The notes under the pieces are model-generated. The model searched no databases and was not told the DNA's origin. It worked only from the letters and a program-made list of their open reading frames with translations. Both the position numbers and the translations under genes were made by a program. A stretch of DNA of 64,000 nt, taken from the NCBI GenBank assembly GCA_035544575.1, contig DATKEC010000117.1:11865-75864 (forward strand), in the 5' to 3' direction. Positions within the stretch are counted from its first letter, which is position 1; every line of letters starts with the position of its first letter. Origin of the DNA: Acidimicrobiia bacterium (GTDB taxonomy: Bacteria > Actinomycetota > Acidimicrobiia > Spongiisociales > ZC4RG35). Shown piece after piece: positions 57,819-64,000 of the stretch.

Positions 57819-58775
57819 CTATGACCTAGGCGTGAGAGGACTGGGAAAGGCGGGCGCCAACTCGGCGAGTGTCACCCATCCTGGCCGAGCGGCGAGCACC
57901 CGCTCGACGGAGTTCGCAGTCATGTTCTGCGAACCTGCCTGCGCTTTGACTCCCGGCCGTAGCTTGAGGGACTGGTACGGGCGCCGCTTGTGGGTGAGGT
58001 CGATGTCGTCGGTGGGCTCCCTGCCGATCCGATCGAGCGCGACGTGGCCGTAGAAGTGGGAGATGAACCAGGGCCGGCCCGACACGATGGCGGTGTACGT
58101 CTGGTCGACACCAGCGCTCTCCCCGGCATGCACCGTGAACCGGCCCGGGAGATCGATGTCAGAGTCCGCGTAGACCGCGCCGAGCGACTTGTTGATCGCA
58201 TCGACCTCCAGCCCCAATGCGGCCGCGACGATGGCCATCGACTGGGGAAAGCCGGCGTGGCCGAGAATTCGCCCCTCCGCCACGGCACGGTCGAACTCCT
58301 CGGGTTGGCTGCCCACTCCGATCCGGCGCAACACCGTTGGACCGAACCCGGAGATGTCGACGACGCGGCGCACATGGATGGTGCAGTCACGCGGGGCAGC
58401 TCCCAAGAGCGTGAGTACCAGGCCGTCGAACAGCAGGCCCGGGTTGACACCGGTGCCTGCGATGGAAACGCCGCGCCCGCGAGCCAGGTCGTCGAGTCGA
58501 TCAGCCAGGGCCGTGTCCACCACCCACGGGTAAGCCGCCTCTTCGGCGGAGACCAAAACGTTCGAGCCCGACGAGACCGCCGCCTCGATGTCCGTCGCCA
58601 CATCCGAGAGCCGCGTTGTCGTCGCGATGATCACCGCATCGGCACCACTCTCCAGTGCGATCTCGCGTTCGGAACGGGTGAAGGGTCCGGCCACCTCGTA
58701 CCGGGGATTGACCCGGAGCAGCTCTGCCACTGCGCTTCCGAGCTGACCAGCTCCGTAGATCGATATCGCGACCAT
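57819..58775 (-). CDS. Dihydrodipicolinate-reductase-like NAD(P)-binding protein (amine dehydrogenase/2,4-diaminopentanoate dehydrogenase-like family).
   Basis: Real start at 58775 (MVAISIYGAGQLGSAVAELL, Rossmann motif). The ORF-track upstream extension is junk. Confidence 0.5.
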   Translation of the reverse strand: MVAISIYGAGQLGSAVAELLRVNPRYEVAGPFTRSEREIALESGADAVIIATTTRLSDVATDIEAAVSSGSNVLVSAEEAAYPWVVDTALADRLDDLARGRGVSIAGTGVNPGLLFDGLVLTLLGAAPRDCTIHVRRVVDISGFGPTVLRRIGVGSQPEEFDRAVAEGRILGHAGFPQSMAIVAAALGLEVDAINKSLGAVYADSDIDLPGRFTVHAGESAGVDQTYTAIVSGRPWFISHFYGHVALDRIGREPTDDIDLTHKRRPYQSLKLRPGVKAQAGSQNMTANSVERVLAARPGWVTLAELAPAFPSPLTPRS

Positions 58776-58831
58776 GCTCGGCCGGATCCTAGGGGTTTGG
58801 TGCCACTCGGATGTTCGTGCGTTCTCGAGGT

Positions 58832-59722
58832 TCAGAGTCGCCTCTGCAAGAAGTCGGCCTGCACTCCGCTTGCTTCGTCGAAGAGGACACTCGGGTGATA
58901 TAGAAGACCGAAGTGTCCTCCGTCGATCTCGTGCCACTCGCGCTCGCCGCCCAGGAGGTCGAAGGCCCGGCGGCTCACATCCGGATTGGCGTGAACCATC
59001 TCGTCGCCGGGAGCGACAAGCATCAGAGATGGCACGGACACATGGGGAGCACACAGAAACGGGCTGTAGGGAGCGGTGTGGGAAGGGATCACCCGTGTCA
59101 CGGTGTTCAGCCATCCGCTCGCGGGCCGGCCGCCGTAGTCGATGAACCATCGGAATGCCTGGACGGGTGCGAGCAGCGAGGGAGTCCCCACCTGGTCGTG
59201 TGACACCACGGGTAGGGGTCCCGTCGTGTCGTCGGGGCCACCAGCCACGTCACCACACTCAAACGTCTCACGGATCGCGGTGAAGAGTCGAGGCGATGGA
59301 TACTCCGCCGGCATCACCGCACCGAAGACGGGGCATTGGGCCACGATTGTTTTCACCCGCGGGTCGCAGGCGGCAACCAGATACACCTGGCCGCCGGAAT
59401 ACGAATCGCCCCACAGTCCGATCCGGTTCGAGTCGACGCGGTGGAGCGACGAGGCAAACGTGATCGCGTCGCGGTATCCCCGGGACTGCACCCAAGGGTT
59501 TATCTCCTGGCGCGGTTCGCCCTCACTGATTCCGAAGTTCCGGTGGTCGTAGATGAGCGCAGACACGCCCGCTCGCGCAAACACCTCCGCATAGCGATCC
59601 GCGACCATCGGGATGGTTGCTGTGGTGCCGTGCGCCATGATCACGACAGGAAAGGGCGGCTCTCCCGTCGAGGCTTCGTACAGGAACCCGCGAAGAACGG
59701 CGCCCTCAGACGGGAATTCCAC
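58832..59722 (-). CDS. Alpha/beta-hydrolase fold protein (dienelactone-hydrolase/acyl-CoA thioesterase-like).
   Basis: Nucleophile elbow GDSYSGG. 296 aa. Confidence 0.75.
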   Translation of the reverse strand: MEFPSEGAVLRGFLYEASTGEPPFPVVIMAHGTTATIPMVADRYAEVFARAGVSALIYDHRNFGISEGEPRQEINPWVQSRGYRDAITFASSLHRVDSNRIGLWGDSYSGGQVYLVAACDPRVKTIVAQCPVFGAVMPAEYPSPRLFTAIRETFECGDVAGGPDDTTGPLPVVSHDQVGTPSLLAPVQAFRWFIDYGGRPASGWLNTVTRVIPSHTAPYSPFLCAPHVSVPSLMLVAPGDEMVHANPDVSRRAFDLLGGEREWHEIDGGHFGLLYHPSVLFDEASGVQADFLQRRL

Positions 59723-59782
59723 GGTGATCCGGCGGGTGCGGTCGATGATTCACCCTACCGCCGGCGGGCAGGCTGGACGCCG

Positions 59783-60880
59783 TCAATCCATCGCCGAGGT
59801 GGACTCTTGCTCAGCACCCTCAACCGTCAGAAGCTCGGCGAGTCGGCCGACGTTCGCGTTCAAATCCTTGAAGATGGTCCGGCGCATGAGGCCAAAGAGG
59901 AAGCGCTGGAATCCCTCCAGCCTCTGGACGCGAACCCTTAGTTCGGTGACGTTCGGTCCGACGGGTCTGAACTCGTAGGTCTGAGTCCAACTGCCCATCA
60001 TCGGAATGTCCATCCGTTGGGTGAAGTACTGGAACGGATGCCAGTCGAGGATCTCCTCGGTGATCGCTCCCCGCCCGTGAACGCAGTGATTGGTGGTACC
60101 GGCCCCTCGGCGACCGCTCGGGTTCTTCTCATCGATCCGCGTCAAGTCGGTGAGCCAGAGCAAACGCTTCTGGGGGCTGGTGGTGAACTCCCACACCACG
60201 TCGGCTGTGGCGTGGAACTCGGCTACGAACTCGAACTGGGCGTCGGCTGGAACGACGAACACACGCCGGCGTTCCTGAGCGTGTTGCCAGGCGGCATCGA
60301 GGTCCTGGACATACGCCACGATTTCGCCCACATCGTCATAGCTCTCCCGATGCTCGACCATCCCGAGGATCACCGGGTCCAGCCCGAGCTCGCTGACACA
60401 CGCCGCGGTGAACAGTGAGTAGCCATTCACCCCGAGTTGTTCCCTCACGGTGTTCTTCAGTAGCCGGTGGGCGATGACAACATCGGTGCCGGTGAGCTCC
60501 TCGCTCCCCGCAACCTGGTGGCGGACGAAGCGACCGCTGTGGGAGACGAACTTGAGATCGAGACTGGGAATGAGCCGGCACGCGTTGCATTCGCAGGTCG
60601 TTGCTTGGGTGATGTCGCGCAGCCGCGCCTTGAAGGCAAAGTAGGTCTGTTCGATCGTGTCCAGCAGCATGGACGGTTCGACCTCGGATTGGAGGGTGTA
60701 GGCGAAGGCGGCGTCGCCCTCCAACCGGTTGATCCTCAGGGTGGGTCGGAGTTGAGCGACGACCGTCTCCATCAGGTCGGCGAGTACGTCCTGGGAGTGC
60801 TCGAGTTCGGTGTCGAGGAGATATCGGGTGTACCCGGAGACATCGGCGATGACCATGCACCCGCTCTCGGCGGGGGTCAC
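59783..60880 (-). CDS. Two-domain hypothetical protein. The N-terminus is DUF2652/nucleotidyl-cyclase-like (MVIADVSGYT) and the C-terminus is SRPBCC (Bet v1/polyketide-cyclase-like).
   Basis: 365 aa. Domain calls are from remembered motifs only. Confidence 0.4.
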   Translation of the reverse strand: MTPAESGCMVIADVSGYTRYLLDTELEHSQDVLADLMETVVAQLRPTLRINRLEGDAAFAYTLQSEVEPSMLLDTIEQTYFAFKARLRDITQATTCECNACRLIPSLDLKFVSHSGRFVRHQVAGSEELTGTDVVIAHRLLKNTVREQLGVNGYSLFTAACVSELGLDPVILGMVEHRESYDDVGEIVAYVQDLDAAWQHAQERRRVFVVPADAQFEFVAEFHATADVVWEFTTSPQKRLLWLTDLTRIDEKNPSGRRGAGTTNHCVHGRGAITEEILDWHPFQYFTQRMDIPMMGSWTQTYEFRPVGPNVTELRVRVQRLEGFQRFLFGLMRRTIFKDLNANVGRLAELLTVEGAEQESTSAMD

Positions 60881-61026
60881 GGGATATGCTGTGTCTCGAA
60901 CGGAAAACTCCTCGGCGTGGTCCCGGGAAGGGTACGCGGCCTTCCGTGGCGGTGTAGGCCGCCTCGCGGGGAGAGTGTTCTTCGAGATCCTTGAAAACTG
61001 TCAGTGGCGTCAGGTACAATCGAACG

Positions 61027-62341
61027 TATGTTCGGACTCACGGTTGAAGAATGGGACGCTCAAGAGCGGCTGATCGACGACCTGCTCGCCTCGGGCGCTC
61101 TCGAACCGGATGATGATTCTCCCCTGGTCCTTCCCCCGAACCTCGACGACTGGGAACCGGACCTGCGTCTGGCTGCGGTGTTGTCGTGTGTCGATGTCGA
61201 CACATTGTCCGAAGAGGATCGTGTTCGATACTTGAAGGCGTCGGAACGCCTGAATTCGGCTGGTCAGGCACGAACGTTTCGGGCGATGGCTTCGATCTCT
61301 GACGCGTACACCGACCTGGGTCTGGACATGGCCGAAGCCGAGCGGGGTGCCGCCCTCGAGATCCGGGCGGCCTTGAGGATGACGCCTCGGTCCGCCGAGA
61401 ACGAACTGGCACTGGCCCACGAAGTGCGCTCCAGGATCCCTGCCGTCATGCGGGAGATGATGCTGGGTCGTGTTGACCGTCGCCGCGCCCAGGCCCTCGC
61501 CCGACACACCTCCCATTTGTCCACCGCCTACGCCCGCCTCGTGTGTGAGGACGTCCTGAATGAGGCTCCCATGCTGACGACCGGGCAGCTCACCGAACTC
61601 GTCAGGGCCAAGTGCCTCGCCCTAGCGCCGGAACAGGCGGACCGTCAGCGGAAGATGGCTCACGAAGCCCGTCGAGTTGTGTCCTACCCCAACCCAGACG
61701 GCACCGCCACCCTCGTCATCTACGGACTGGACCCGACCCACTGCCAGGAGATCCTCGACCGTCTGAACCGCCTTGCACGCCGGCACGACCGAGGGTCACG
61801 GACGATGGACCAAACGCGCGCCGACCTCGCCATCGGCGACCTGCGTGGCCACAGCGGGCCGGTTTCGAAGGGATCCGTTCACATCACCGTCGACCTCGCG
61901 ATGCTGGCGCGCCTCGTGGACGAACCGGGTGATCTCGCCGGTTACGGGCCGGTTGTGGCAGACATCGCCCGCCAGGTCACCGCCCAGCTCGGCACCGAGC
62001 CGTGGGAGTGGACCGTCACCGGATCCGGATCGGGCATGCCGATCGCCGACGGCACCACCCGGCGACGGCCCACGGCTTCCCAAGCGCGCCGGGTGAGAGC
62101 CGGCACCCGAACCTGTGCCGCCCCCGGATGCAGACAACCTGCAATCCGCTGTGATCTCGACCACATCCGGCCTTGGGCTGAAACGGGCGCCACGGCCAGC
62201 GATGAACTCGCACCCGGCTGTGAACGCGACCACTGCACACGCCACATGACCGGCTGGACCTACCGGCGCCTCGAAGACGGGGACTATCTGTGGAGAAGCC
62301 CGCTCGGCACGACCTACACCACCAGCGGACGCGACCCGTGA
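61027..62341 (+). CDS. DUF222 domain protein with a C-terminal HNH endonuclease motif (REP13E12-like family, associated with mobile elements). GTG 61004 is an alternative start.
   Basis: C-terminus CAAPGCRQPAIRCDLDHIRPWAETGATASDELAPGCERDHCTRH carries the Cys/His HNH pattern. The N-terminal DUF222-like region is Ala/Arg-rich. Confidence 0.7.
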
Positions 62342-62410
62342 CCGGGGCTTGGTTCCCCGCTCGATTCGTCCGCCCTCTCGTACTGCCGGGCAGATCGTGC
62401 CCGTGGGGTC

Positions 62411-63433
62411 CTAGCCGTCGCCGCGCACCAGCGCCGCCCCGACACCCAGGGCCCGCATCTTGGCTCTCGCCACGTCGCGGCTGAGTGGGACCATCCCACA
62501 GTTGGTGCACGGGAAAACGCGATCGGCCCCGACATGGTCGAGGACCGACGCGATGGTCGATGCCACCTCGTCGGCGGACTCGATCCGGTTGGAGGCCACA
62601 TCGATCACTCCCGCAAGGACAGCTTTGTCCCCGAGCATTTCCAGCAGTTCGAGAGGGACGCGCGAGCCGGCGATCTCGATCGACACCTGATCGATCGTGG
62701 AGGCGGCAAGCACCGGAAAGGTCTGTTCGTACTGGCGCCACTCCTCTCCCAGCGTGGCCTTCCAGTCGATGTTGGCCTTGACACCGTACCCGTAGCAGAT
62801 GTGTACAGCGGTGGTGGCCGACAACCCGGCGGTTGCCACCTCCAGCGCCTCGACTCCCCACCCGCCCACTTGATCCATGAACACGTTGAAGGCGGGCTCA
62901 TCGAACTGGATGACGTCGACGCCCACCGCTTCCAGTTCCCGGGCCTCGGCATTCAGGATCTCCGCGAATACCAGCGCCAGCTCTTGACGATCCCGATAGT
63001 GGTCGTCCTCGAGGGTGTCGACCATCGTCATCGGCCCCGGGAGCTGCCACTTGATCGGGCGGTCGGTGAGCGATCGCAGGAACCGGGCATCCTCGACGTA
63101 GACGGGACGGGTCCGTTCGACCGGGCCGACAACCCGGGGAACCGATGCCTCATATCGCTGACGGATGCGCACGGTGGCCCGGTGCTCGGCATCGACGCCG
63201 TCGAGACCCTCGATGAAGGTCGTCACGAAGTGCTGCCGAGTCTGCTCGCCATCACAGATGATGTCGAGGCCCGCCTCGACCTGATCTGCCACCGCGAGAC
63301 GCACCGCGTCGTGCTTCGCCTCCTCCAGGGTTTCGCCCTCGTGGAGCCAACCCGCCCAGAGCTGGTCTGCGGTTGTGAGCCAGGGAGGCTTCGGAAGGCT
63401 CCCGGCGATCGTGGCGGACAAACGGGAATTCAC
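62411..63433 (-). CDS. Cobalamin-independent methionine synthase (MetE) C-terminal-domain-like / UROD-fold protein.
   Basis: N-terminus MNSRLSATIAGSLPKPPWL and C-terminal VFPCTNCGMVPL are typical of the MetE-like family. Confidence 0.7.
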   Translation of the reverse strand: MNSRLSATIAGSLPKPPWLTTADQLWAGWLHEGETLEEAKHDAVRLAVADQVEAGLDIICDGEQTRQHFVTTFIEGLDGVDAEHRATVRIRQRYEASVPRVVGPVERTRPVYVEDARFLRSLTDRPIKWQLPGPMTMVDTLEDDHYRDRQELALVFAEILNAEARELEAVGVDVIQFDEPAFNVFMDQVGGWGVEALEVATAGLSATTAVHICYGYGVKANIDWKATLGEEWRQYEQTFPVLAASTIDQVSIEIAGSRVPLELLEMLGDKAVLAGVIDVASNRIESADEVASTIASVLDHVGADRVFPCTNCGMVPLSRDVARAKMRALGVGAALVRGDG

Positions 63434-63496
63434 CCAGGGGACACTACGTCGGCGGGCGGCGCCGCGCCCCGGCGAGGACAGGCCCCATGGACGGGG

Positions 63497-63661
63497 CTAC
63501 GAACGTAGCGGGAGTTGTGCCGCGGCCTTTCCAATGTCGATCCCGGCGGCCAATCCGTTCTCGTTGCCGGAGTCGCCGAACATGGCGGTCATGACCTCCG
63601 CCCATGCTCCCGACTGGGTGGAGTGGCCAGAGCTGTATTCGGGGAACGGCGGTGTCGTCAC
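63497..63661 (-). pseudogene. Short fragment resembling the PAP2/vanadium-haloperoxidase motif region (PFPEYSSGHS…). Probably a remnant or a small ORF.
   Basis: A minus-frame ORF is listed up to 63913, but only the 63497-63700 part has coding-like base composition. A plus-strand gene takes over from about 63710. Confidence 0.2.
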
Positions 63662-63709
63662 CAACGAATTCCACGCCTGCGCCCGGGGGGTCTCTACACC
63701 TTCTGGTGG

Positions 63710-64000
63710 GTGATCATCCCCGACGGCGGCACCTTCCCCGAGAACGTCTTCGTCGCCGGCGATGGAGCCCGACTCATCGGACCGGGTGGCCACGCGACCG
63801 CGGTGCTGAAGGCGAAATCGGATGACCCCAGCATTGCCGGCTTCCATGTGCCCTTCAATCCACTGGACTTCGACTTGAGCGCTGCCGAGATTCACGTCGA
63901 GATCGCCTATCACGGGCAGTCCGAGGATGCAGGCTCGAACCCCTCCACGTGGCGGACTGACTTCTGGACGGGCACGGCGTGTCCCGAGTCCTTCGGATTG
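63710..64000 (+). CDS. Hypothetical protein, 3'-partial (continues beyond the window). GTG start overlaps the stop of a possible upstream small ORF at 63534..63713.
   Basis: I translated the frame myself: VIIPDGGTFPENVFVAGDGARLIGPGGHATAVLKAKSDDPSIAGFHVPFNPLDF…. Third-position GC is about 80%, against about 47% for the antisense ORF. It is not in the ORF track because it has no stop. Confidence 0.45.
   Translation, partial: MIIPDGGTFPENVFVAGDGARLIGPGGHATAVLKAKSDDPSIAGFHVPFNPLDFDLSAAEIHVEIAYHGQSEDAGSNPSTWRTDFWTGTACPESFGL

Noticed and set aside
62342-62365. Possible terminator hairpin between the convergent HNH and MetE-like genes
   Set aside because: It has only a 5-bp stem (cgggg…ccccg) and no U-tract, which is too weak to call.
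1-64000. CRISPR arrays, rRNA and tRNA genes
   Set aside because: No direct-repeat/spacer arrays, no rRNA-like low-GC conserved stretches and no cloverleaf-like candidates were seen. Intergenic regions are short, mostly under 320 bp. tRNAscan or Infernal would be needed to be definitive.

Overview
This is a high-GC (roughly 68-70%) actinobacterial-type chromosomal segment that is densely coding on both strands. It looks like a catabolic or accessory island rather than a core housekeeping region. It carries three Dpp/Opp-type (family 5) peptide ABC uptake systems; two share an unusual order of SBP, ATPase, ATPase, permease, permease, and the third has a fused two-domain ATPase and a Tat-exported lipoprotein SBP. 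Around them sit many amidohydrolases: a two-subunit N,N-dimethylformamidase-like amidase, a D-aminoacylase, two amidohydrolase-family proteins and a gamma-glutamyltransferase. There is also a cluster of enzyme families tied to D-stereochemistry: a class IV aminotransferase, a DAO-family FAD oxidoreductase, an alanine-racemase-fold PLP enzyme, an Asp/Glu racemase-family protein, two D-2-hydroxyacid dehydrogenases and three paralogous enolase-superfamily members. Other content includes six SDRs, two phosphotriesterase-family proteins, an FMN hydroxyacid oxidase, a TPP-dependent E1 alpha/beta pair followed only by a free-standing lipoyl-domain protein, a family III CoA transferase, a LacI-family regulator, a RhaM-like mutarotase translationally coupled to a cytochrome P450, a Gfo/Idh/MocA plus sugar-phosphate isomerase pair, a frameshifted MaoC-like dehydratase, a DUF222/HNH nuclease (mobile-element-like) and a cobalamin-independent methionine-synthase-like protein. 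A family of CG-centred palindromic boxes (GGAA-A/T-CG-A/T-TTCC-like, including one perfect 42-bp palindrome) recurs in about a dozen promoter or divergent regions. That pattern suggests a single LacI-type regulon covering most operons of the island. No rRNA, tRNA or CRISPR was detected. Many long antisense ORFs in the six-frame track are artefacts of high GC content and are rejected below.
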